Source: Eledone cirrhosa | Lineage: Eukaryota | DNA length: 64,000 bases | Direction: 5' to 3' | Assembly: GCA_964016885.1 (NCBI GenBank) | Contig: OZ024741.1 | Location: forward strand, 311,178,001-311,242,000 | Part shown: one piece after another, positions 26,605 through 40,697 of the stretch | Numbering within the stretch: position 1 is the first letter of the stretch | Layout: each line of letters begins with the position of its first letter | The notes under the pieces: model-generated | What the model saw: the letters and a program-made list of their open reading frames with translations, nothing else | Database searches by the model: none | What the model was told of the DNA's origin: nothing | Translations under genes and position numbers: made by a program

Positions 26605-28498
26605 AAACTTGGGAAGCGTCATATTGTTGTAATAATTGTTTCTACTTTTGGCACAAGGCCAGCAATTATATATATATATATGTACGTATACACACACATT
26701 TATATACATACTTACACACACGTGTATATATATGTATATATATACGCCTTCCGGTTTCATTTCACGTTATAGACATGTCTGTGTATATTCTAATCATTTA
26801 AATATTATTTCTAAGTCAACAGGATTTAAAAAAAAACATTTTGAAAGTAGATGTGACCCATTGGGTCACCGGTGGTCGGATGTATAATATTAATAAACAA
26901 TTGAAAGTGTTCAGCTATGAATGGAGGCTGATGAGGAAGAGCCATCTAAGGGAGCCCAACAGAGGTAAGGGCGAGTAAATCTCAACGATCTTCGTTTATG
27001 ACTCTGGTGCAATTTATGCTCGGAGGAAACTTTACAAATGGTGTTTTCGACGGACTAACTCTTAAACAAGAAAGTGAACTGGTAACTGCATGTAAACACA
27101 GATTGCGTAGTACTTACCTCGCCCTCAAACCCCATAATGACCCGGGGGGGGGGGTGTAGACTAGGGCTATAACACCCCACTTGCCGATTTTGTAATGGGT
27201 AACCTCTGCTTGCAAAGGTAGACTTAGATCTTCTTTTATATCTTTTTATCGCTTCCTCTATATTTCCTTCTTCCCCATCCCTCCCTAGTCCTTCCACTCC
27301 AGTCCTCTTTCTTTGTCGTCGTCCTTTTACTTTCTCGCCCACCCGAGGCAGTCCCTCGGCGCTTTGTAGCCTCAGTACCCCCACCCCCTTCCCCTATTCT
27401 ATGATAGATTTGGCCGACTCCGCTTTTTATAGCAGATGTGTTAGACCCCGGATACTTGCCTTCTTATCCGATGGCTGCCTCTTTTCCGTGCTTTCTATAT
27501 TTCTTAGTGGTATCTTTGCTTTAATTTCTCGTATATCAGTAAATTTTTTTTTTTTGGGGGGGGGGGGGGGATTCTAAATTAATTTTCAGTATCAAATTTT
27601 ACGTATACTTCGTACGAGCATTTGTGTAGTTTGCACTAGAATTTTTGTATCGTGGCGGCACCCTTAGAGATACTATTAGTATTCTTTTTCGGGATTCTGA
27701 ATTATTATTTCGTATTAGTTTTTTTTTTTTTGCACTGGGTGGTTGCTGGCCTTGTGCCTGGTTAGAAATCTTTATTTCGTACTGGTCTCGGGACTCTGAA
27801 TTATTATTTAGTGGTAGTTTCTTTAGTATTTTGGCCCCCCACTTCTTGACCCGTCACCGTAAGATATATTCGGTTGTTTACTTATACCTCTTAAAAGGGT
27901 CTCATTATAATTCCGTCCCACCTAGTAAACCTTTCTTTAGTCTAGCAGTACCAGTGAGAGACTTGATAGCTGTCCGTAGGTTATAGTAAACAGACATTTT
28001 ATTTTTTTTTTTTACATTTAATTGTTTTTTAACACTCTCGGTATTTTTCTATATATTTACCCCATATTGTTTTATTTATTGTTTCGACTTCCTTCCCCTC
28101 CCCCTCCCTATTATCTTCTTTGACCTCCTGCCCAGCTGTAGTTGGCACTATCATCGCACGACTGGGTTTCCTCCACCCCCTCTCCCTCTTTCTTCTACTG
28201 GCAGGTTCAGCTACCTCTTCCCTCCACAAATTGCCATGATAGAATTATTATGTCTCAACAACAAACTTTTGACCAATCCTTGTGACAATCACTTTTACCA
28301 TATATGGAATTACCCCCTGAGAAGCTCGGCTATTCATATACCAGGATAAAAATTTTCATTTAGTCCAGAATTAGCAGTCGAAACGGCTTGAGCTCAGCCG
28401 TCATTGTCCTACTCGTTCCTATTACCCACTCTACTACCCTAAGTATTGAGTACTTTGGTGCGTTATGGTCCACCTGGTCCCCTACCACATTTCCTTCG

Positions 28499-28583
<85 letters not shown>

Positions 28584-28831
28584 TATACATATATATATAC
28601 ATATATGCATTTAGATCTATTTCATTCAAATATAATAATCAGGAAAGCCGTTTCCAGATGATTTCTTTGTATGAAACTATTCTAGTCCTGTAGAAGCGAT
28701 TTCTATATTTAACATCATATTTACACACACAAACGCACACAGACACAGACACACGCAAACATATGTATATATATATATATGAGTGTTTGTGTGCGTGTGT
28801 GTAGTAAATACGTAACACGTTTTTGATATAC

Positions 28832-28964
28832 CTTGTTATCAATTGTCACCAACATAACCTGCAGAATCTATCTGAACATGTTCCATTTCGCTTGTCACAG
28901 TTACTATTGTTGAGACAATCGCATGTCCCTATACAATTAACACCAAAGTTTCATATTCGGCCTT
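28832..28964 (-). pseudogene. Dead EGF pseudo-exon (paralogue of 22474-22608)
   Basis: 133 nt. First Cys changed to Gly, in-frame TGA at codon 5, a 2-nt deletion in the GC motif, and last Cys changed to TGA. AG/GT dinucleotides are still present. Confidence 0.85.
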
Positions 28965-29143
28965 CTGAAGTATATATAAGATTTCTATATTAAACATCAT
29001 ATTTACACACACACAAGTGCATGCACGCACACACCCGCACTCACCCACAGCCACACACACAACCACACACACACACACACACGCATATATATGTGTTGCG
29101 TATATAGTAATTATTGTAATTACGTAACAAGTTTATAATATAC

Positions 29144-29275
29144 CTTGGCAAGGGTCACCAATATAACCTGTAGAACATCCATCTGAACATGTTCCATTTC
29201 GCGTGTCACAGTTACTATTGTCGAGACAATGACATGTCCTCTTACAACCTAGACCAAACATTCCTGCTGGGCATT
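29144..29275 (-). CDS. EGF-like repeat exon (132 nt, phase 1-1)
   Basis: AG/GT bounded; ECPAGMFGLGCKRTCHCLDNSNCDTRNGTCSDGCSTGYIGDPCQ. Confidence 0.87.
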
Positions 29276-29720
29276 CTGAAAATATCAATATATATGATAA
29301 TGTTGAAGATATCATTAATTACATACAAATATCAATGATACAATTTTATACCAAATTTTAAGATTAAAGTGATCTTGTGATAAACATATGAACTTGTTTA
29401 CTTATTGAATATTATATAGATCCTCTATAATATATACATGGATGTTTAATTCAATTAAATGCAATGTTAAACACATTATGCAAGACACAAACCATACCAT
29501 AATAAAAATAATCATATCCTACAAAATCTTACCATATTCTAACAGTTCCTACGATATGTATTTGCGACATTCTTCCATTTAAATACACACACACACACAC
29601 ACACGCACACATATATGTATATATAATATATATATATATATAATATATATATATAATATAGTGTATATATATAATATATAATATAGTGTATATATATAAA
29701 TGCATACACACATACATACA

Positions 29721-30290
29721 TGGTGGTAGCTGCCAACTCGTTTTCGAGTACGGCCACTACTTTATATCCATGTAGGAGAACCCCCACCGATGCGCTGAAC
29801 GAGTGTGACTTTTTAGTCCAGCCAGCAACTTGAAAACTCTGGTACAAACACTACACTTGTGACAATTATTGACACATAGTGCTGGGCCCATGGTACTATG
29901 TGACGACAAGTGCAGAGAGATCTCCAGATATAAAGCAATACCTCTGCCGTGAAGCTTTTATAGTGAGCAAAGGCATTGCACAAAGCCAGTCCCACTCTCT
30001 TAACCAAGATGATATTTACCAAAAAGAAGAACAAGTCAACATCATTGGATACCATCAGGGTTGCAGGTGTTATATCAGAGTTTTCCTTCTCCTAGAATTC
30101 TGTCTTGACAAAGGCTAAGTGGTCATCTCTCCCGGTGATTTTGGATGGTCATTGACACTTAAGAGCTCCTTTGCCCTTTGAGAGGTTTTGTTTTTAGTCC
30201 TGCAGGATGTCCAAAGTCACCCTCCTCACCAAGAAACCTTGGTGGGGTTGCCAGTTTAGTCGCCAACGACCCGACCATGAGACAGGTTGT
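29721..30290 (-). mobile_element. Short non-autonomous RTE-like element (family C)
   Basis: Encodes a terminal C2H2-like remnant (CSVCTRVFK.LAGLKSH.RSAH), has a 3' hairpin ACTCG-AAAA-CGAGT and is followed by (ATGT)n. Copies at 38946-39358, 53889-54180 and 54212-54803. Confidence 0.62.
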
Positions 30291-30341
30291 ACATACATAC
30301 ATACATACATACATACATACATACATACATACATACATACA

Positions 30342-30462
30342 TCAAAATTTGCAAAGACTTCTTGCGATTCAAGGGATGACAATTTCTTTTCTTTTACAAC
30401 CTTGCCACCAGGAAGGATGACCGGGTAAAAAAAATATACTCAAAATTAAGAGAAAGAGATAA
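30342..30462 (+). mobile_element. 3'-terminal fragment of LINE family B
   Basis: Matches 38779-38898 (KICKT.LRFKG stop plus 3' UTR). Confidence 0.85.
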
Positions 30463-30471
30463 CACATACAT

Positions 30472-33400
30472 CAGTCAACGCGATCACTCGCATATTTTGG
30501 CATGGGAGACTATTTATTAAATTTAAGATGAATACTATCTCCGACAGTAATGCCACAACTACAGGCAGGTTGAATAACTGGTTATTCTTCTAACTATCCC
30601 TTCTGAAAACACCTTTTATTCGAATTCATAGAGATATCCAACTAAATACATAATTCATTTTAAAAGGATTTGCTACAAACAGCATGGCTGAACACAACAT
30701 TAACAACAAAATTAAGAAAGTATCGAAGACAAATAACAAAGAAGGTAATCAAACTTTATTCAGTTGTAGCTACAGAAGAAACCGAAATTATAAATCGTAT
30801 TTCTCTTGGAGTTGCGAACTTAATAATGATTTATTTAATTGTTATAAAATGGCAAAGACAATCCCTCCATTGGCTATATGAATAGAATGAAGCTACACTG
30901 GGACGAAATGCACCCAGAGCTAAATTATTTCACAGCGAAACAATTAAGCCAACAAGCGACGTTTGTCGAACGTAAAAATAAGATAAATATTATTAATTGT
31001 AAGTCCCCCATAACAAACATGGAATCAACAACACGTGCTACAGATCGACATGCTACTAGACCTCCTAGCAGCCAGGTCGAACAGCGCCTTGAAACAACTA
31101 TGCCTGTGAGAAACTTGACACCACCTGTACCATCTAAGTCTACCTCGAATGCTAGGGAAAACACTATCGATAATAATAATAATAATTGAAGAAATAATAA
31201 TAATAATCGAATAAATGTGACACCACGTATACCACCCGAGTCTACCTCGACTGTTATGGAAAATACTATCGATAATGATAATCAAAAGTATAAACAATTG
31301 AAAACTTCCCTCAACGAAATCTTCCAGAGAGAAATTAACTCATGTATAAATATCTCTCTGGCTGAACGTGTTAAAATGACAATGGTGAATAAAAAAACAA
31401 ATAATGAAATAATACGTGTTATTGACGAAATAGGAGATGAATATTTACGACGGATGAAAACCCCAACATATTGGCAAATCAACGCCTGTTCATATGCCTT
31501 AGCAATGACAGTGAAGCATTATCTTGGTGATAGCAGGGAGATTAACAAGAACAGAACACCACCAAAATACCATCATATATAACTAAAATAGAAAAAAAGA
31601 TTGCTGACCTACGAAAACACAGGGTATGTAACAATACTCCTTACATGCAAACAAACACAAAAGAACCTCACTCCTCACCAACAAAGAGTGAATAATAAAA
31701 TAGAGACGATGTTTGGTTACAGTAGAACCAGAACTCTCCAATATAAGCTGATCACCCTCAAACAAGAATTGAGAGCTGTTAGCGAAAGACGCCGATACCT
31801 GAAGAAGGTAGATGAGAGAAAAATGCTTAATAAAAGATTCAGATGAAACCAAACATCAGTCTATAGAGATATGAAGGGCAGAATAATAAGTGTCACTGAG
31901 GTCCCATCCCATAAAGACATAGATTCCGTTTGGAGAAAAATATGGGGTGAAAAGAAGAATTTCAACCAAGATGCAGTGTGGCTAAGAGAAATCCGAAAGA
32001 ACTATTGCTCCTACACTACAACAAAAACATACGAAATAAGTGAGGGTACCCTTGAGACTGTGATAGGAAAACTCCAAGATAAGAAAACACCAGGAAGAGA
32101 CATGATTGTCGGCTTCTGGTACAAAAATCTGATATTCTATCGGAGGTATCTTACTGACCTCTACCAACAAGTTCTTAAGGGAGATAAACTTATACCAGAA
32201 TGGTTGACATTAGCACAAACGTTACTGGTCTCCAAGAACAAAGATACCCACTTGGTAAAAAACTACCGACCCATTGCATGCCAGAACCTGATGTATAAGA
32301 TGTATACAGTCTGCTTGAACCTATTCCTCCAAGATCACTGTGAAAATAATAACATCATCACAGATGAACAAGCAGCTGGAAAGAAAAGTGTTTGGGGATG
32401 TGCTGAACAACTCCTAATCAACAAAACTGCGATGTCGGAGGTGCGACAACTTAGGAGGAATATGACTACAGTCGTGCTGGACTACAAGAAAGCTTTCGAT
32501 TCTGTTCCCCACTCTTGGATGATAGAGGCCCTCCAACTTGCTAAAGTCCCAGACATTATTGTCAGAGCCATAGAGAAGCTCTCTTCTTCTTGGGCTACTA
32601 TCCTAAGGTTAAAGACAGAGAGGGGGCACTCTATTTTCACTGATAAAATAAAATATTGCAGGGGTATATTTAAGGGGGACAGTCTCTCTGTGATATTGTT
32701 CATCTTGTCATTAAACCCCTTGTCCTTTCTGCTCAAGAAATGTGAGGGATACATTATTGGCTCACAGAAGGACAGAAATACGAACCTAACCCATAACCTA
32801 TTTGTGGACAATCTGAAACTCTATGCCAAGAACATGGATGCGATGAAGAAAAATGTTGACCTGGTTACAACGTTCTCAAAGGATATAGGAATGGAGTTTG
32901 GCCAAGATAAATGCTCATACATGACTGTAAAGCGGGGAAAGACAACAACCCAATCTAGCAACATTGTCATCAATGGTCTAACTGTTTCACCGATATCTGA
33001 TGAGGACTGCTACAGATACCTGGGGATAGATGAGAACATATCCTATAATGGTATCTGTAATAAAGTACGCGTAACCAGGGAATACTACACCCGATTAAGA
33101 AAGATCTGGTCATCGGAACTCTCTGCGCAAAACAAAACAGTGGCTCACAATGTGTTTGCTGTGCCTGTCCTAACACCAACGTTTGGAATACTCAATTGGA
33201 CGATAGACGAAATCCGAGCAGTTGATGTTGGAACTCGAAAAATACTGAACAACACCGGAAACTTCCACATCAACAATGACATAGACTGCCTTTACTTGAA
33301 ACGTAAGCAGGGAGGCAGAGGCCTAACATCAGTCCAGACAACATTTGAATGTCGCATCATATCTCTCCGACAACATCTACGAACCTCGAAGCTTAGGAGA

Positions 33401-34597
33401 CCGCTTCTCGAGCAAGTCTATCTGCATGAAACAGATGAGATCATGAGAGTTGGGAAGGAACTCCTCGAGAGATATTCCATGTGTGATAATCAAAATTTCA
33501 CACCCAGGGATGTTGCTCAGCAGAATCGCAGTGAATCCATGGATGAAAAACTGAATGCCTATCAGCAAAAAATAATGCATGTATATGTTGCAAGGAAGCT
33601 CCAGAATGAGAGTAATATAGATAAGGAAAGTAGTCTATCTTGGACCAACAACCGCTATATTGGCTCCCACTTTGAAGGATACGCTTTTGCAATCAAAGAA
33701 CAGGAGATTAGCACAAAATACCTGATTCACAAAAGAGATAGGGATGCAGGCAAAACACCTACATGTGATAACAAATGCAGACTCTGCAGAACTAATATCG
33801 AGGATATCACCCATGTCATCAGCAGCTGCCCAAAGATGTCATCGCGCTACTATCTACCCATGAGGCATGATGTAGTGACCAAAACACTGTACAATGCAGT
33901 TCGTAAAAAAGATAGCCCCGATAATAAACACATTAAAAGCTACAGCAATGTGGAAGACATCTATGTACATAATATGAAAGAGTACTGGTGGAATGTTCCA
34001 GTAAAACCCCAATAAAATGCCGGCATAACAGACCAGATATTATGATATGGGATAGGGAGAAGAAAACATGCACAGTAGTGGAAATTAGCTGCCCAGCAGA
34101 TGCCAATATAATATCAAAGATTAGTTAAAAGGAGAATATTTATGCAGAACTGATGGGAAATCTGCAGATAGTCCACCCTGATTACTCCTTCAGATTTATG
34201 CCTGTGATTATTGGAGCACTGGGATATGTTAGTAACTGCCTCAATACAAATCTTGAGAAGCTTGGCTTCACAGGAACAGAAAGAACACAACTAGTTAGGA
34301 AACTACAAGTACAATCCATTAATGGAACAGTAAAAATATGTAAAACATTCCAAAAATATTGCATCTAATAACTGCATATACACATGTACAAATACAAATC
34401 ATATACACATGCACACATACAACTCAAAATATACACATCCACACATACGATAACACCCATATCTACACATGCATGCATACATACATATCTACCTAGCTGA
34501 TGTTGTGTAAATTCCAATGAGAGAGTCATGTGTCTATGTTAGAAACCGACTCTCTCTCTATTGGTAAAACTTTGTGAAATTATAAAACCAGAAGAAC
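30472..34597 (+). mobile_element. Near full-length R4/Dong-like non-LTR retrotransposon, family A (RT, CCHC finger, RLE), inactivated
   Basis: ORF 31871-34015 has LDYKKAFDSVPH, GIFKGDSLS, LFVDNLKL (catalytic D to N), CRLC..H..C and RHD; downstream frame reads HNRPDIMIWD..VVEISCP. Contains stops and frameshifts. Flanked by CATA repeats. Confidence 0.92.
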
Positions 34598-34634
34598 CTA
34601 CATACATACATACATACATACATACATACATACA

Positions 34635-34663
<29 letters not shown>

Positions 34664-34666
<3 letters not shown>

Positions 34667-37600
34667 AAATGGCGACCGTTGTGGTCAGTGTCCGATAATG
34701 GGACGTGTGTAATTACGGCTTACATGAAGGCAACATACCATATATTGGAACAAGTTGAGCTACATTACGTGGTAAGATTACATACAATAATTCTACATAA
34801 GTTTTTGAACTGTAAGTGTGTTGTAAAACACCTATTTATATGAGCGATACATACACTTATGATATATGAACGATACATACACTTTAACATATAAATGCAA
34901 CGTTGTTATATTACATTTATAAAGAAATATACAAGTAACGTTTTCGATTCAGAAACAAAAACATAAGTGTTTGAACTGTGAATATGTTGTGAATAAGTTG
35001 TACAACACCTATTTATTTGAATGATTCATAAACTTTAACATATAAATACAGCGTTGTTATATTATATTACATTCATAAAGAAATATACTAAGTAACGGTT
35101 CTTTTTGTTCTCGATTCAAACGATTCAAGAACAACGCTTAAAACACAGTTGTAGAATTAAAAACTAAGTGAAAAGAAATATTACCCAAGTTGTGAATAAC
35201 TTTAAATTTGATTCCGACAGAACTTTGTCGAAATTTTAAAGAAGATCATCGACTATTTTGAAAAATAAATACGAAATATTAGTGAATAGACGAAATATTA
35301 GACGAAATATTAGTGAATAGACGAAAGTACAAGTCTCCTTCGACCAAATCGCAACTACGACCGTTGTATACACTGGAGCTACGAGCTTAACAAAGAATTA
35401 TATAAAGCATACAAACAATCTGAACCCCAAAAGTTCGGTTTTATGCAAAGGCTAAAAACTTTATGGAACTCCAAACACCCAGAATTAGACTTTTCTACAA
35501 AGCATTTAAATGAACAGGCAAAACGTAAAATTAGATGTAAATTGATACATCTAACGGAATTGAGTGATACTACAAATACAGCCCTTGTAGACAACCACCC
35601 CACCTCCACTGACAGACAAAGAGAATGGCCAGCTAAATCTAACAGTGAACAGCTCACCAACAATTTTGCTGAAATCCATCCCACTTCCACTGAAGAACAG
35701 CGAGAAAGGTCAGCTAACTCTGGTAGTAATTGTCACCACATCAACAACGAGGCTGAACTTCATGACTCTACTGAACAAACAGAACACCAAAAACTTGTGG
35801 ACACATTACAAGTGATATGAAACGATATGTTTCAAGAGATACACTGCCTTAATGTGAGTGACAGACCATACAACGCCAGGATCAGTAAAGAGCCCACTAA
35901 ATTGGAATTGGAAGCAGTGAACGAAATAGCTGGCAATTATCCGAAGACTATACGATCTAAAGGTGTAGAAGCGACATTTGAAACACTTAATATTTTGTTA
36001 TATGTTTCAGCTGTCACGTTGCTATCGTATAACACACATCTAAAACCACGCAATCAAGATACAAACAGAAAGCCTGAACCAGCGTGGATTGGAAATTTAA
36101 AAAGCAAAATGTTGTCCCTGAGACGAAGTATCTCACACATCGCAGTCGTTATGAAATGCAACATACAGAGCAACTTCACACGACACCAGGAAGACCTAAA
36201 GAAAAAGTTTGAGAGACGATTTGTAGATACAAAATTTAAAGCTTTGAACTCCAAATTACACCAGTTGAAACAACAACTCACAGCTACAACAGAAAGACTA
36301 AAATATAAGTCAGCAGCACATAAACGACAAGTGCTAAATAGATTGTTTTCCAGAGATCCTAAATCAGTTTATCGCAGCTTCGGTGACAAAAGCTCAATCC
36401 CTGTACACGACACCCCTTCAAATGAACAGGTTGAGAGCTACTGGAGATCTGTATGGGAAACGGATGACGGATTCAACAGACAAACTAATTGGCTAAAAGA
36501 ACTGGAACAGGAGTACTGCCAACATGTCCAGACAAAACAATATGACATAGATGGGTCAATACTGGAAACAGCACTACAGAAAATGTCGAATAGGAAATCG
36601 CCAGGCCCAGACCTCATTACAGGATACTGGTTGAAGTATTTCACTTTCTATCGGCAAGATCTCATACAGCTGTTTACAGAAACCATTAAAGGCACACAAG
36701 AACGGCCCAGATGGTTATCAACTGCCACTACGCTCCTCATTCCCCCAAATAGCCAAACCACCCTTGCTAAAAATTACCGCACAAAGCCTGCCAAAACATC
36801 ATGTATAAATTATATACTGGGTGCCTTAACCTGTTCTTACAGGATCACTGTGCTACCAACAACATCATAACACCTGAGCAAGCTGGTGGAAAGAGGGAGG
36901 TGTGGGATTGCATAGATCACCTACTAACTAACAAAATGATTCAGGAAAAAACAACAAAGAATCGCAGAAACATGACTGTGGTGTGGCTGGATTATCAAAA
37001 AGCATTTGATAGTGTACCTCATGGGTGGATTATTAAGCCTTTACAGTTAACCAAAGTCCCACAACCATTGGTAGCTGCTGTTGAACGCCTGACCAAGAAC
37101 AGGTACACCAATTTGATACTTAGAGGTGAGAAGGAGCAAGTTAAGACTGATAAGATACATTACCAGAAGGGCATCTTTCAGGGTGATAGCTTGTCAGTGC
37201 TACTCTTCGTTCTCTCACTGAATCCACTATCTTAGGAAACAAGCTGGACAAAGAAGTGGGTCCAGAAGTATCTCCCATCTTTTCTTAGTTGATGACCTGA
37301 AGTTGTATGGGCCAAATATTAATGACATCAAGAAACAATTGGACCTCATTACACAATTTTCAACCGACATCAAAATGAAATTTAGTGAGTCCAAGTGTGC
37401 ATATTTGGCAGTAAAACGTGGAAGAGCTGTGCCCTCCTCTAGAAATCTAGAGATGAACGGCCTGACAATACAACCTCTACAGTCAGGTGACAACTACAGA
37501 TATCTTGGACAGGATGAGAATGTCAGATATGATGGACCCATAAATAAGGATAGAACCAGAAGTGAATACCTCAGAAGAATAAAGAAAATATGGTCATCAT

Positions 37601-38898
37601 AACTGTCAGCGTATAACAAATACTTATGCGTACTACAATACTTATGCTATGCCAATTCTAATGCCAACATTTGACCTGCTGAACTGGTCATTGCAAGAAC
37701 TAAGTGAGATGGATGTTAGAACTCGAAAACTTCTCAGTGTTACTGGGAACTTTGACATCAATGGTGATGTGGATAGGCTATACTTCTCACGCAAGGAAGG
37801 TGGCCGGGGTCTAAAATCAATATTAACAACATATGAGACCCGGATAGTAACACTGAAGCAAGACCTTCAACAGAGGAAAAAGGTTGGCAACCATCTTGCC
37901 CAGGTTTATGAGCATGAAAAAAAAAATATCATTAGAATAGCGACTGATCTGGAGGAGAGATATGGAATAAAGCCTGATATAAATCTCTCACCCAGAGAAA
38001 TCGGAAGATCCTATTCAATATTCAAACGAGATAAAAAAATTGACCAATTTACAGAAAAAGTTGTGCATGGATACTTCAGACGTAAAACAAAGACCATAGA
38101 GAGGATAAACCACTCAAAAAGCCTAGCATGGAGTTTCGACAAGTTTATGACATCACACCTTGAGGGATATCTCTATGCAATACAGGAACAAGAACTCCCT
38201 ACCAAATATCTGCTGCACAAAGAGGAGGGCCAGCAGCTGACAATAAATGTAGGCTATGTAAAGCAAAGATCGAGGATGTAAGCCACATTGTTGCCAGCTG
38301 CGAAAGAATGTCATCTCGCTACTACCTCCCCATGAGACACGATGGCATAGCTAGAACCATCTGGAACACACTTCGGAAAACAAAATTAACAACAAACGAG
38401 GAAGAATATATTGAGACAGATGGCACTAAGGAATACTGGTGGAACCTGAAAATAAAAACTGCCACCAAATTAAGCACAACCGGCCTGATATTGTTGTTTG
38501 GGACCACACATTGAAAACGTGTTCTGTTGTGGAGATCAGCTGCCCACTTGATGTAAACATTGTCAGAAAAATACAGAAGGAGGACATCTACGGACCATTG
38601 ATGAGGAGTTTACAAATCCAGTATCCAAGATACACCTTTAGCTTCATACCCATCATTATTGGAGCTACGGGTTATATACCAACCCGCTTGGACCAAAATA
38701 TGACTGAACTTGGATTTGCGGACAAAAAGCGCAGCTCCCTAATTCATAGTCTACAAATGGCTGCGATAGCTTGCACCTTCAAAATTTGCAAAACTTTCTT
38801 GCGATTCAAGGGATGACAATTTCTTTTCTTTTACAACCTTGCCACCAAAAAGGTGGCTGGTAAAATAAAATATACTCGAAATTAAGAGAAAGCGATAA
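34664..38898 (+). mobile_element. Near full-length R4/Dong-like LINE, family B, frameshifted
   Basis: KSPGPD, WLDYQKAFDSVPH, GIFQGDSLS, FLVDDLKL, MSSRYYLPMRHD and HNRPDIVVWD..VVEISCP. (CATA)n on both sides. Confidence 0.92.
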
Positions 38899-38945
38899 CA
38901 TACATACATACATACATACATACATACATACATACATACATACAT

Positions 38946-39358
38946 AGTGGCTGCCAACTCGTTTTCGAGTACGGCCACTACATTATATCCATGTAGGAGA
39001 ACCCCTACCGATGCGCTGAAAAAGTGTGACTTTTTAGTCCAGCCAGCGTCTTGAAAACTCTGGTACAAACACTACACCTGTGACAATTATTGACACATAG
39101 TGCTGGGCCCATGGTACCATGTGATGACAAGTGCAGTGAGATCTCCAGATATAAAGCAATACCTGTGCCGTGAAGTTTTATAGTGAGCAAAGGCACTGCA
39201 CAAAGCCAGTCCCACTCTCTTAACCAAGATGATATTTACCAAAAAGAAGAACAAGTCAACATCATTGGATACCATCAGGGTTGCAGGTGTTATATCAGAG
39301 TTTTTCCTTCTCCTAGAATTCTGCCTTGACAAAGGCTAAGGGGTCATCTATCCCGGCT
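38946..39358 (-). mobile_element. Family C RTE-like short element, 5'-truncated
   Basis: Matches 29721-30135; lies between (CATA)n tracts. Confidence 0.7.
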
Positions 39359-39765
39359 ATACATACATACATACATACATACATACATACATACATACAT
39401 ACATACATACATACATACAGTCAACGCGATCAGTCGCATATTTTGGCGTGGGAGACTATTTATTAAATTTAAGATGAATACTATCTCCGACAGTAATGCC
39501 ACAACTACAGTCATCTTGAATAACTGGTTATTCTTCTAACTATATCTTCTGAAGACAGCTTTTATTCGAATTCCTAGAGATATCCGACTAAATACATGAT
39601 TCATTTTACAAGGATTTGCTACAAACAGCATGGCTGAACACAAGATCACAACAAAATTAAGGAAGTACCGAAGACAAATAACAAGGAGTGTAAACAAACT
39701 TTATTCAGTTGTACTACAGAAGAAACCGAAATTATAAATCGCATTTCTCTTGGAGTTGCGAAACT

Positions 39766-39958
39766 TAATAATTGTTTCTACTTTTGGCACAAGGCCAGCA
39801 ATTATCCAGTGCATTACTGGTACTTTATTTTATCGACCCCGTAAGGATGAAAGGCAAAGTTAACCTCGGCAGGATTTTGAACTCAGATCAGAAAGGGGCG
39901 TAACTCTGTGCTACAAAGCATGTTGTCCGACCCTCTACCGATACTGCCAAACGACCAC
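39766..39958 (-). mobile_element. tRNA-derived SINE inserted in LINE A
   Basis: Reverse complement of the 7168-7352 family; flanked by the duplicated target gagttgcgaa(a)cttaataat. Confidence 0.85.
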
Positions 39959-40205
39959 CGAGTTGCGAACTTAATAATGATTTATTTAAGTTAAAGATGT
40001 ACATCCATATATGTATACTGAAATACTAGTATGTATATGAATACACACACGTATACATATGTAGATGTACCAAGTTTTTTCACTGGTCACTTTACTGTGA
40101 GTGGCCAGCTATTCTGTATGTAAACACACAGACAAACCGGTTTTTATAGTCATACTGGTTTTTGAGGAAACACCTTTCCTCTATTCTGCAGAAAGCCAGA
40201 CAAGG

Positions 40206-40250
40206 AATATTGAACTAGTTTCGTTGTTGTTACAACTCATCAGCAATATT
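40206..40250 (-). ncRNA. Minimal type I hammerhead ribozyme (inverted arm)
   Basis: Exact reverse complement of 40653-40697. Confidence 0.85.
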
Positions 40251-40652
40251 TACCTATCTTCCGGCCTTTCTAGAGAATCGTAAAAGCACATATCGTTATA
40301 TGCTTTTTCTATGAAAATTAGTAGTGGGCAGACTAATTTGCATAGAGTGTGAGTAAGTACCGGTTCAACGGAGACGATAAAACAAATAACGAAACGAAAT
40401 TAAATTTCGTTTCGTTTGTAACTCACTTTTGTATGACTGACGCTTAAACAATTAAGTTAAAGATGTACATCCATATATGTATACTGAAATACTAGTATGT
40501 ATATGAATACACACACGTATACATATGTAGATGTACCAAGTTTTTTCACTGGTCACTTTACTGTGAGTTAAAGATGTACAACCATATATTAAGTTAAAGA
40601 TGTACATCCATATATGCTTTTACGATTCTCTAGAAAGGCCGGAAGATAGGTA

Positions 40653-40697
40653 AATATTGCTGATGAGTTGTAACAACAACGAAACTAGTTCAATATT
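40653..40697 (+). ncRNA. Minimal type I hammerhead ribozyme
   Basis: AAUAUUG-CUGAUGA-GUUG(uaacaa)CAAC-GAAA-CUAG-UU-CAAUAUU, with perfect stems I and II and a palindromic CUAG stem III. Confidence 0.85.
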
